Under the pieces are notes generated by a model. It ran no database searches, was not told the origin of the DNA, and worked only from the letters and a program-made list of their open reading frames with translations. A program made the translations under genes and the position numbers. From assembly GCA_036172245.1 (NCBI GenBank), contig JAYWIR010000037.1:496001-560000 (forward strand): a DNA stretch of 64,000 bases. Direction: 5' to 3'. This document shows positions 21,593 to 33,200 of the stretch, piece by piece; position 1 is the first letter of the stretch, and each line of letters opens with the position of its first letter. Source of the DNA: Raillietiella orientalis. Its lineage: Eukaryota.

Positions 21593-22544
21593 TGCCTTTC
21601 CAAATGCAAGCGACCGGCGGATGATTGCGAGGTTGCAGTGATTTGCACGCAGGGGGGAGTTATGTGGTTCGAATAATAGTAGTAATAACCACTTGCCGGT
21701 GTCGGGAATAATTCGAGAATGTGGTGGTGGTTGTGCCGCGATGTGTGATCAACGGGACGTCGCAAACTTTCGTACGTACGGTTATCGAGCGGTTTCTGTG
21801 GAGCGGAGATCGTTTTTGAGAATAAGGGATAAGATGATGCACTTGGTAAATTAAGGGAGGCTGGACTAGCTTCCTTTTTTGCTGAAGCTAGGGGAGAGGG
21901 GGGCAAAAAAAAAAAAAAAAAGTCAAAGTGTGCGTACATTTTTTGCGCGCGCGTGTGTCTGTGTCGGAAGATGCTCATGGCATAAAAAGAAGATGCTGTG
22001 AACATTGTCATCGGAACTCAGGAATCTGTGCGAATGCGTCTTTCATTTGAAGTCTTTTTTGAATCTGTGCATCCGCTTTATTTATTCGTGCATTCGTTTC
22101 CCTCCCCACCTCCCACTCCCCATAATGTGTGCCATTAACGTTGCCTTCTTTCATGGCTGTTTCCTGTGTTAGACCTGGAGCAAGAGCGTATGCAGCATGA
22201 TCTTCTTCGAGATGTCAGTGCTTTTGCGAAAGAGAATCTGAAACATGCGGACACCGAGGTGAAGAATCCACTTCCGGATTTTGAAGGTAAAAAAAAAAAA
22301 AGAAAAAACGATTCGAGATGGCACTGTGAGCAACATGTTGTTGCCTAGCTATTCAACTTGAGAAAAAGAGTGTCCTTAAGAGTACCCACGAACGCATCGA
22401 GCGTTTCGATTCTCAGACGCTCAAGCATACGGAAACCGTTGAGAAGAATCCCCTGCCCACCAAGGAAGGTAAGCAGCCGCTTTCACGGACTGCCAGATTG
22501 CTCCATTCATCCCTGTAGCGATTGAACAAGAGAAGAAAGGATAA
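21387..22544 (+). CDS. Multi-repeat beta-thymosin (three WH2/thymosin repeats, ciboulot-like), 132 aa; exons 21387-21525, 22173-22286, 22349-22468, 22519-22544
   Basis: Spliced product MTEECPKSPKDLPKINQSLKDELVGFEKGELKDSRCVEKGVLPTKE DLEQERMQHDLLRDVSAFAKENLKHADTEVKNPLPDFE AIQLEKKSVLKSTHERIERFDSQTLKHTETVEKNPLPTKE AIEQEKKG*. All introns are GT-AG phase 1; AATAAA at 22642. Confidence 0.93.
21561..21591. repeat. (GT)n microsatellite in thymosin intron 1
   Basis: Directly visible. Confidence 0.95.
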
Positions 22545-23473
22545 ATTGTGATTTGAGGGGATCACCATGGACGGCAGCACCGACATACGCGTGTGGTACC
22601 AATTTCGGCTTCCACGTAAGGATGTTTCCAAACGCTTTCATAATAAATGAATTGGATGAAGTGGAGAGCCTGGGGAATTTTCTTTCCTTCCTTCCTCTTT
22701 TCTTCCCATAGAGAATCCGCGAAGGTCGGCGGGTTTGGTGGTTAAAACGAAAGCAGTGATGCTCACGAAATAATCTGCTTCTGGAAATTCACAAAAACAA
22801 GGGAAAACAAGGCCCCTTCAGAGCACGGATCAGAACGCAGCCTCCCCAGATGCCCCACCCTGCATGCGCTCGTTGCTAAGCTCCAACCACACAGTTTTCC
22901 TTGCCCCTCGCTTCCCCTTCTTTGTGCCACCTTTGTTTTCGATTCTTGGAACTTCCAGTGTGCCCCTTATTCCCTTTCTGGTCCCGATAAGAATGCCTTT
23001 TTTTCACTCCTGTAAACAAAAGATCGCAACGGGATGCTCGTCTGCAAGAGCGATGTGCTTCCGAGTTCCGAGAGTTCGCATTCTCGCCTTTCAGTTCGTA
23101 AGAGCCACCAGGAAAGAGCGCAGGCCACTGACTCGACGACCACTGCCCCTTCCCGTGTCGCAGCATTGCGGAGCCATCTTATAGAAATGCAAGAGTGATT
23201 CCATGGCTGCTGAAGGTGCAAGCAGTTGCACCGCTCAGGGTTTCATCTACCTCTTCTCGTGTAGACGCCGTTGCCCGCGCCCGGGTCGAAGACCGTCGCA
23301 ACGGGGACTCGATCCTGCCTTTCGTTCGGAAAACTCGAGTTCCTCTTTCGCATGTTTCTTCCTCAAGATTGTTTCGAGGCAACCCCTGCACAGGCTCTGT
23401 TGGAATATTCCTCATCTCCGAGTCTCGCGTGTGTGTGGGAGGAGAGCAGCTTCCTTGTCTCAGAGCATCCAAA

Positions 23474-23497
23474 ACACACACACACACACACACACAC
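23474..23497. repeat. (CA)n microsatellite
   Basis: Directly visible. Confidence 0.95.
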
Positions 23498-24319
23498 GGA
23501 AGAAAACACCTCTCGAGTCTTCCGATGGGTGACGATATCCACAGTAAGCAGAAATGTCGTTTCGACGGCGAAGGGACGGAGCAGAAACCACTTCTTGTTG
23601 TACATTTGCACCTGACTGGGAGGATGGTTGGCTGAGTGCGTCGTTAAGAATGCGTATCGATCGTGATGCACAGCGGAGCTCGTCGCGTACCGTGTCCGAG
23701 GTAACCGGATGGAGGCAGGCGTGCCACGCGACGAGCGGGAGAGTTTCGCATGATGCCGGCCGGCAGATTCCAACACACCCGAAGTGTGTGTACACTGCAC
23801 AACACCGAATGTGTTTGCAAGGCCGAGTGGAGCGCGCATTTCGGGCGGGCCGCTGAGCGTTCAAAGAGCCGCGAAGGAAAAGACGAGGATGCACGAAAAA
23901 CGACCGTTCGAGTTGTGGATTCGCGCCCCACAACATCTGCTCCACCACGGGAAAGCTGCCGCAAAGGGAGCTGGAGTCGAACCTCGACAGAAAGAAAGAA
24001 GGGGGGGGGGAGGGGAAAAAAAAAAAAAAAAAGCAGCCTCGCAGCATTCGTGAGCGAAAGGCTTTTTGAATCATGAGAGCTCCGCATACCACTCGCAAGT
24101 GTATGCAATTCTTCGCTTTTGTAAGTGGCACGTGAACCTCTTGCTCCAGCTGAGCCATCTGTCGAAATTCTTCCAGTAATAGCTGGCAAGCAACACCTGG
24201 AACATGAAAGAATAAGAATCGTGATGTGCCATTATTTCGTTCGTGCCGTTGAGACGTGAAGTTATTAAACTCTGGAGGGGGAGAGGGAGGTTGCCAGTGG
24301 TGATGGCGGGGAAGAGGAG

Positions 24320-24321
<2 letters not shown>

Positions 24322-24372
<51 letters not shown>
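24322..24372. repeat. (GA)n microsatellite
   Basis: Directly visible. Confidence 0.95.
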
Positions 24373-24375
<3 letters not shown>

Positions 24376-27279
24376 GAGAGGGCAGGTTGTTCGCGTTAGA
24401 AAGGGGGGAGGAGGTCATGAGAATCACGAAAGAGTGACGGAAGGGCTGACTCGGTCATCTTCGCTACCTTCGCGATTCTTTTCTCGTTCACTCGAAGTTC
24501 ATCACATCTTCGCAGGGAAAAGGTAAATTCCTTTCCTTGGCGAACGCCCGTGCGCTTTTTTTTTTTTTCCTGCTCCCTTTCTCTTCTTCCCGGGGTCACG
24601 ACGGTCTGCGACTCGCAGTGGACAAGCAGAAAATTTCCCTAGCCCCAGTGCTCCCCAGCCGGTAGATTGATTTCATCAGCGATTGTTCGTGGAACTCTGC
24701 TCAACGTAACCCAACGTCACTCCGCGTTCCGATGATCCTGAATGCCGACGGGCGTGTCGGTTTCCCGGGAAGCGCTTCGCTTTGGGGACAGGGTTCGTTG
24801 TGACGACAGCGGTGCTCCTAGGGAGAGGTGCCCAGGCATGCAGACGTAGTGGTTGTTTGGAAAGTTTTCTCTCTCTCTGGAGAGGGGGAAAAATACGGAT
24901 CAACGCGAAATGCGAGCCGCGTTTTCGATCCGTGCCTGTTCCCGCAAGGTTGCCAGGAGGTATTTCGCCAGTTGACCACAGTCCGTTTGCTATGAAGGAT
25001 GGGGGAACCCATCGCACGCCTGGGGGCCAAGGAAAGAGGAAACAGCGGGCCGGCGCTGCTTCCTGCGGGGCTCACCTCTGGCAGATTCGCCGCGTGCGTC
25101 TCACCCTGCAAGCGCCATGATGCAGACGCAAGCTGTTGCTGTGTCCTCGGAAACCTTTCGGCGGTTGCCGAGGAGCAGCGGGGAGCGAAAACAGCGCGGC
25201 GGCGGTCTGTTCGACGGGCATTCCATTCGTCTATCTCCTACGCTGCAGTGAGTCATCGATGTCGTGCCGGGCTGGTGCATCCCTCTGGTGCGTTGCGCTG
25301 ACGGATTTTCGTGTTTGCTTTCCGATTCTCGGAAGTTTGCACACGTGCACGTGTGCGTCTTCACAGTTTCCTTTCCATCCGTCGCCCGGGACTACCTTGA
25401 CTTTCAAAGATTCGTACGATAACGAAACATGGCCGAGAAAACGTGCCTTCTGGAAAGCATGCGAGCTCTCCTTTGGAAATTTTCTGTAAAAGCAGTATTG
25501 CCAGAATTTTTTTCTCGCGGCTTTGTCGATTTTTTTTGGCAGTTATGCAAGCACTAATTGCCCCCAAAAAAGAAAGAAAAAGATTGATTGCTGACGGGAA
25601 TCTAAAATTTCATAAGCTCCCTTGTATGCCGCTTGATGTGTTTCACCAGGATGACCGAATTTCACTAGAGAGAAAGCTATGCCCAGTTTTTCATAACGGG
25701 TGAACCCCATGTGCACAATAAAAAAACATCAGGTGCAAGGATGAAGTTTCGCGTATTTTCGCGTATTGCGACTGCATTAATGCAAGCACATTCACAGATC
25801 CATTTTTTTTTTTTTTGTTATTGTTTCATTTAATGGGACGCTTTTTTTGAAATGCCCGATTCCCATAAAACGGAATCCTTATTTCCAAATAAGGTCAAAA
25901 GGTGTCTGTCCTTTAAAATAGATCAAAGATAACGAAATGATGACACAAGTTACACCAAAAAAGCTTTCAGAAGAAAAAAAAAAAAAAAGCAGCAGCATGA
26001 AGCGGAAAACTCCCAAAGTCCAGTGGCCATAAACACCAAAGTAGCTATTTTGCTAAAGATAGGAGCAATGTGCACTTCGCAAGCAATCACTTGAAGCTTC
26101 ACTGCATTCCATCTTCGTAACAGAAGATGCTCTTGAACTTGGTGTTCTTTTTCCTTCTAAAAGTTTTGGGCTCCGAGCCTCGGTATTGCTGATTTACTGC
26201 GTTCCGGGAGAAAGGAATCCAACATTCCGAATACGATTTTGTGCGCAGGAAATACCACATGCTGCTCGGAAAATGTCGAAGGGAAATACCACGAACTTGA
26301 AACCAAGCAGGCTAATCAAGTTAGTTCTTTGATTAAGGTAATAATCAAGCAAAAGTTTAAAAAAGTTTACTTGGAATTGAAATGGAATCAAAGCATTCAT
26401 TATGAAGGAACGACCGTGCTTCGGGTTTCGAGTAAAACTTCAATGGATGCGAAAAGAACCAGGCAAACCACGTTGAACTCATTTTCGATCCCGAATTCCC
26501 AAACAGCAGAGAGTAGAAGAATAAGCCTGAAGGGTGGAGGAGGAACAAATTTCGGACCTATCACCACGAGCATGGACGAGCGTTGTGAAAGCGGAATGAT
26601 GATTTTTGATGTCTTGGGATTTCTGTTTTTTGTTTTCTTGTGATTTCGTTTCTGGTGTGAGCGGACACCGTGGCAATGGGCTTGTGTATTCAGACGGAAG
26701 CGTGAACTTTCAACTAATTGATCGAATCCGCGATTGCTTGAGCACATTTTTTCTCTTTGAGAGAATAACCCTGAGGTGGTTGCATGATTTTTGCGTACCT
26801 TACTCATTTTTTGATGGGGGACAAGATTCAAGAAGCGTCCACCTTTCATGGATGTTCACTTCAGTTGGGTTTTGCACCTCCGCGAACTTTGGCCCAACCC
26901 CTGGAAGGCACGAAAACTAGAAAAATATTCCATCAAGTTCATGACTGCCAAGGTGGCTTCGAAATTTTCTTGCAACGTGTTCCAGGGACTTCGTGTTAAA
27001 GGTTGACAGCTTCTGCAGAAGTATAATTTCCCATCCCGATTTTTGTGGAAACTAGAAATGGTCTAGAAGCGGGCAAATGGAAACTCACTTCGAAATCATG
27101 GGTCCTAACGGAAAAATCCTTCACTCACTCCATCACACAATAGGCCGGAAGGCGATTTCAGGGTGACAAAGCTGTTCTGTACCATAGTTTGCCGTCCGAC
27201 TCACCGAGAACTCTCGACGAATTAAAATCATAACAAACTTCTGCAAGTTTATTTCGACACTGTTTTGAACAGAAGTGTT

Positions 27280-28300
27280 TGAAGAGGAGAGTACCTAAAT
27301 TCTCGAAGAAGTTTCTATTTTATTTAAAAAGAAAAGGATTTGATTGCAGAAGAAAACAGATCAATAATTACACGAGCAGAAAACAACTTGCAATTTGGAT
27401 CGCTCACCACTATCGATCTGTACCGGAAGCTGTACTCTTCCTTTGTACAAAGTATTCCGTTTCCTGGAAAGATGATACGCAGCATAAATATTCGAAATTC
27501 CTTCTGTCAGAATCTCTTGAAAACGTTGGATTTGCGACCCAAGGTTTGAAGATGCGCATAAGCTGTAACTTCGATGTCGCTATCACACAGGGGTGCAGCG
27601 ACATCTACGTGTGTTTAAGTATTTTTACATGTGTTCATGAAAGTAGTTAACAAGATAGTGGCAATGGTAAAGTCCATCTGGAGAAGCTAGTGGTCGTATT
27701 AGAATGCTCCACGATTATCTTACTGTAACTTCAAATCTGTGATGTTCTGAAAGATCTCACAATCAATTACGAGGATTGCAATACGTAGGGAAACATTTCT
27801 TCGGAATGCATGCTCTTGATTTTCGAATTATGCCGCACTATCCTTTGCTGTTATTTATGAAAAGACCAATGTAAAAAGAAAATCAGCCAATTTGGCGATC
27901 CTTGATTTATGTCTGTCGCTCAGGTCAAAATAGTTGGTAATCCGAGCAGCATACGACTACCTGTTTCATTTCGCCTATAGGAGAGCTTTTTCCTTTGCAC
28001 TTAGAATTGTCCAGAATTCCGAACAAACCGACCACGAATTACCAAAATCTGCTCCATCTTAAATGTTCAGTTCTTTCGCTGTGCACCTTCGAGTACTTTG
28101 AAGCCGCTTCCGTTCTGTACAGTTTTCACGGTGATTGGTTATAGCGAATCCTCTAGCTGCTTTACCTTTTCAGAATTGCTAGCCTCAAACGTAGTTTCTG
28201 ACATTGAGAATAGGTTCATAAGCCATCTATGAAGATGTTGTGGATGCAGGTCTCCGCTGAGCACGGATTAGGAAAAAGAATAACGAATCCCCTCTGAGGA
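27280..28300 (+). mobile_element. Possible decayed DNA transposase (MULE-like) remnant
   Basis: AT-richer island with a broken ORF (VGFATQGLK...LSIFTCVHE) and a frameshifted DF/FE near 27820, loosely like MULE DDE motifs. Weak. Confidence 0.25.
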
Positions 28301-28736
28301 ACCGTCTTCGTAAAGACCTTCATGTTCGCCGGTATATGCGTTTCAAATGATTGCTCATTCTAAAGATATTAAGTTTTGAAGATACCAGGCGAGGTTTCGG
28401 ATTTCAACCCCAGGCGCTCACGGATGTGGCACGGATTTGCTTGGAGTTTCACATATCTGTTCCTCCATGCCTTGGTTCCGTTTGAAAGGACGCAATCAGT
28501 ATAATCAGATGCGCTTCGGATCTGTGGCGTAAGAGAATCAATGGGCAAGCCTGCCTGCAAACCTCGTTATTTCGCATTCGAAATTGTTCGATGGCGGAAA
28601 CGCGGAGAATTCGAATTCCGCGCGAAACAATGCGTGACGCAACGCGGACTCCATTCTTTTGTTCAACGTGCTCTCGTGGCTTCCGACTGGAGAGGAAGGA
28701 ACCTCTGCAGAAAAACAAGCGAGTCCACCCTAACAC

Positions 28737-29078
28737 ATGACCACTTGCACTTCTCCAGCTGTAGAACGCGAAGCGTCCAAAGATCTCACAGAACTATCTG
28801 CTGGACAGGTTCCTCCAGACGATGCGTCACAGACAGTCGACACCCATGCTGCCGACGAAGGCGGCTGCGCCGGCCACGCCAAAATCCGCGTGAAGGCGAG
28901 AAAGGAGAGATGCTTTCTCAAGTATCTGAGAAAGCCGAAGAGCAAGCAAGGGAAGAAGACTGAAATCTGCGCGGAGAGCATAGAGTCAGGAGTAGGAGGA
29001 GGGGACGCCCCCAACGAGAAAAAGAGGAAGTCGAACAAAACGAACCGAGCCAGCTCCCGCCTCTGTGTCATCTCTTAG
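28737..29078 (+). CDS. Orphan 113-aa ORF with basic clusters and a C-terminal CaaX motif (CVIS)
   Basis: ATG-initiated and uninterrupted; ends KKRKSNKTNRASSRLCVIS*; AATAAA at 29305-29310. No family recognised. Confidence 0.45.
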   Translation: MTTCTSPAVEREASKDLTELSAGQVPPDDASQTVDTHAADEGGCAGHAKIRVKARKERCFLKYLRKPKSKQGKKTEICAESIESGVGGGDAPNEKKRKSNKTNRASSRLCVIS

Positions 29079-30280
29079 TGCTGCTGCTTTCCCCGCAAAG
29101 ACGCAAAATTTACCACACTTTTTGTCATGAGCCTCTGGGACACCCTCAGATGACAAACGCCCTTCTTCCGGATGGCAGCGACGCGCTGGCTTGTGTGGAT
29201 CGGCGTTCCCGCTGCTGAAGAAAATCCTCTGGGAAAGACTGTTTCGGTCGCGATGCTGCTGCCGTTTCCTTCCGCGGCACAAGGTCCATGGGCGGATCCC
29301 GGTAAATAAAAGACTTCAAGCTCAAGGGAGTTGCCGTTCTTCTCGCTCCCAGTCCGGACCCATACGTTTCTCGTCGGCTCAGCTCTCTCCTCTCCCCTCG
29401 AGCGCTTCTCGCAGGCCGGAGGCGGTAGAGAGGAGCTTGCCCTCGACTCTGCCCGGCGCTCCGCCGCGATGTCTCGCGGATCTCGAAGAGCAAGCAGCCG
29501 CTGTCTTTAGCAAGCCCGCGGCAGATCAGAGCAGCAGAGGTGCCTTCACCCTCCTCTCCTCTTCTGCCCCTCGCCGGCAACGCGACCGCACTCCGGAACC
29601 TCGTCCTCGTGGCACCAGCAGAGGTGCCTTTTCCTCTCTTCCTCGCGAGCAACCCAACCAGACCGGGAGCTTTCTGCTTCTACTATCTGGCACGAACTGC
29701 GCACGGAACTCTGGGCCTACAAGGCTCCCCTGGGATGCTGGGGAAGTCTGCCATCTGGTGCCTCTGATGGCAGAAGGGAAACCAATTGGCGAAGGACGTC
29801 GGGAGACGGCAGGAGACCGCTCAGGGTCCCGACCCGTCGACACTCACGCATTGGACCGGCATCGAGATCGATCCCTCGAGATTTGGGACGGTGTGATCCT
29901 ACGAACATTTCCCCGAGGCGGAGTCTGTTCTTCCGTTCCCTTCTTCCCATCGGAAGAAAACTCTTTGTGCCTTTCTCTCGTGTATGCAAAGGGTGAGGGG
30001 AGAGAAGGAAGACTGAAGAAGAATAAACCGATGAAGTAGCTGGACCTCATCCTCCGCCCCTCATATGTCATCCCAGGACATCTCATTATGCGTCGGCACT
30101 CCCTGCTGTTGCCGTGACTGCGAGCGAACCATCTTGTCGAAGGAAGAGGGAGGGTGGTCGTTGCCAGAAGCCTCGACCGCAGATCGAGAACTCGACACAG
30201 GAGGAGGAGGAAGAGGGGTAGGGAGGGAAAGATGGGCTGGGCAGTTCCCGACTGCCCCTGCTCCTCTTCCTTCGGTAGGC

Positions 30281-33200
30281 TCAGTTCGTATTCTGTCCCG
30301 CCTCGGATGGTGACCGCAGCGGCCGATCCTCGGAGCCAATCCTTGAACAGAGCTCCTCCTGGTAGTCCAGCAGCTCCCTCCAGTCCACCAGAAAGGCGCA
30401 CTCTTCAGCGCTCATGAGGCGGCTACTGGTCACGGCCGGAAGCGTGTCCTGGCCGGTCTCCAGGCCGAGCGCGCTCCTCACGAAGGCAAGGGTATCCCGA
30501 AATGACCGGTCCCTGTCCTGGCAGACGGGGAAAATGGCCGCGTTCCAGAGGCTGCAGCGATCATCGCGGTTCGGGAATGCCCTCTCGGCGGAAACGCGCC
30601 CCCGGCACAGTTGCGCGCCAAAGAAGCGCAACCCGTCCGCCGGGCCCACCGACTTGAGGTCGTCTGATAGCGAGAAGGCCGCCGTGACAAAGAGCGTGGG
30701 CCCCTCCCCCGTGGGGGAGCAACGCACGGGCACAGTGTAGAAACAGGCGTCGCTGGGAACGTCGAGCGGGTTCCCGCCGGGGGATAGAGGGAAGCGCACC
30801 GTTTGGCAGCCGACGAGGATGCTGCCGGGGCCGAGCGTGATGCCGGCGCGGAGGTCGCAAAACTCTACGATGCTGCGCCGATCGGTGCGGCATCCCGCCG
30901 CAAGGGCGGAGCAGAGTGCCAGACCGGCGGCACCTTCCCCACAGACCGAGTGGACGGTCCTCCCCGCGTCCAGGGTCTCCGCGATTCCTCCGGGATCGCA
31001 CAGGTTCTGCAGGTACTCCTTCATCGTTCCCAGGTGGTAGAAGCGGGACTCCTTCAGCAGCAGCACATTGAGCGGGTCGTTCCCGAAGGTGTCCCAGACG
31101 GCACGGGAGTACTCCTCCCCGCCCTCTCCCTCTGGAGGTGGAGGCGGCGTGCCTTGCGGGCCCAGGCACGGGAGGACGTCGCTGTAGATGTTGGCCTCGC
31201 GCGATAGGGGCTTCAGCCTGCTGTAGAGGCGCAGGAATTTGGCGGCGGCGTCCGCGCCGAACCAGAAGACGCTGTCGGTGACCACCCTGTCCTCGTCGCC
31301 CACTGGTAAAAGAAGGAAGGAGCGGTCAGCGAAAAGGGAGGAAATGGGAGGAGGAGGCACAGATGGACGAAAGGAGTCGTTCACCCGCCTTCCCCCGCAC
31401 CTCACCTCGGACGATGGCTCCGGCGTCATCCATCTGGGCGACGGACGGCTTCTGCAGCACTCGTCTGCAAGGCACGACGGGGCAGGGACCGGGGAATGCC
31501 CACAGGGCGCCTTCCGGAAGCACGTACACGCCGTGGGTAGCACCTTCGTTGCCGTGGGTGACCGAGGGGGAGGGACCACGTTGCGTGTTTCTTACCGACG
31601 TCCAGGGAAGACAGGTGGCCCAGGGCAGTGAAAGGAGCGCTGCTGCTGTCGTCGCCGCCGCCGCCATCGTCGCTCGTGGCTGAGCGACGAAACATGAAAC
31701 GCGCGCTTGGTCAGTCGGTCAGCCGGCAGGGGAAGAGGGGGGGCGACGCAGCGTGCTGGGCCAGGTGTGTCGCGTAGGCCAAGGAGCGCGCGCGCTCTGC
31801 CAGGATTCGCTCCCTCCCTCCTCCGGCGCGCTGCTTTCGATCACGTCTTCCAGACGGAAATGACCCCTCGCTCGACAGAGGAAGAGGGACAAAAAGAGAG
31901 CGGCAGAGAAAAAGCGGTGTGAAACACACGCAGGGAGGCGCTGCGTAGGAACACCTCCGCAGTCCGTGGGGACCTCGCCGCTGAAAGCCGCTGCAGGGGC
32001 CCTCGCGACCCGGAGGATGCGGGGACCTCCCGGGAGCGCATTCAGAGTCCGGCCAGACGCTGCTGGTGCAAGTCGGGAGTCACATGCGCACTACGATCCC
32101 TCCAAAGGGACGTGTGACGGCGGCGGCACCCTCCATCCTCCTACGGCAGGGGTCGCCCGCTGCGCGCTTCCCACACCGCGCCTTTCCCACGGGTGGCCGC
32201 ACGCTGGAGCTGCTCTTTTTGAGAGGTGTGTCCGTCTGTTCCCTCTTCCCCCTCTCCCTTTTCCTGCGACGGAGTCAAGCGGGCACGTCGGCCACGACCT
32301 CCCATCGCAGGGTCATGGGTCATGGACGTGACAGCCGCTCTCGCACGCGCGAGCCTCGCGAGTAGGACCGCGGCACCGGCTCCATAGGGCCGGCCCTAGA
32401 GAGAAAAGGAGGGGGGTTGTCCCCAGGGACAACCGAGAATCCTGGTGCAGCCGCCTGTGCCTTCCCTGCCCAAGTCCGACGCGCTCGTCTTCCTCCCGGG
32501 ACTGGCTGCGGAGGCGGATTCAGCCACCGCCGACACCCAAGGACCCACCCGATGGTCTTCGTCCGCCCCCGGGACCGCTCCCGCAGCCGCGAGCCACGGG
32601 TGCGGAGTGTAGGGAGGTAAAGGAGGAGGTTACCGGTCAGGAGGAACGTCTCGATGTCATCAGAGGCGCTGACGGCGATCGAGCCCGGGGGCAGCAAAGG
32701 AACGAGGGCAGAGTACAGCGCCATCTTCAGATCCAGGACTTGGAGGGCGCCGCCGCCCCGCGCGTGCTCCACGGGCACGGAGGCGAAGAGTTTGCCCAGA
32801 GGGGAGTGGCAGGGCGACCGCCTGCACAGGCCCGCTAATGAGTCCGAAGAAGGAGGTCAGTGGGAGGGTCCGGCAGTCTCCCCCCTGCATCTACCTGCGT
32901 GCACAATCAGCGTTTTCATGGACGACAGGGAGCGCCCGTGCGCGCGCGACAGGTGCTCCAGGCAGTGCATCGTGGCTCCCAGGCTTTCTGAAAGGAGAAG
33001 CGTCCGGCTTGAGGACATTGCCCGCTACCCTCGTCTTTGTCCTCCTCCCACACCCTCCCGGTTCCGCACTCCTGCGCTGGAAGAGAACGGTCCTCCTCCC
33101 CGCTCCCGTCCTAGAGATGTGTCGGTGCAGCCGCAGGCAACCTGCATTGGACCGCCAGCGGCCCCTGGGGAGGTCCTCACCGCATCTCCTCAGGGAGAAT

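Noticed and set aside
22700..26200. Protein-coding gene in the microsatellite-rich interval
   Set aside because: ORFs run through simple repeats and homopolymers, and I recognise no domain or consistent exon chain.
29528..29645. Short direct repeat CAGCAGAGGTGCCTT..CTCCTCTC
   Set aside because: Only two short imperfect copies with no associated structure; most likely a local duplication.
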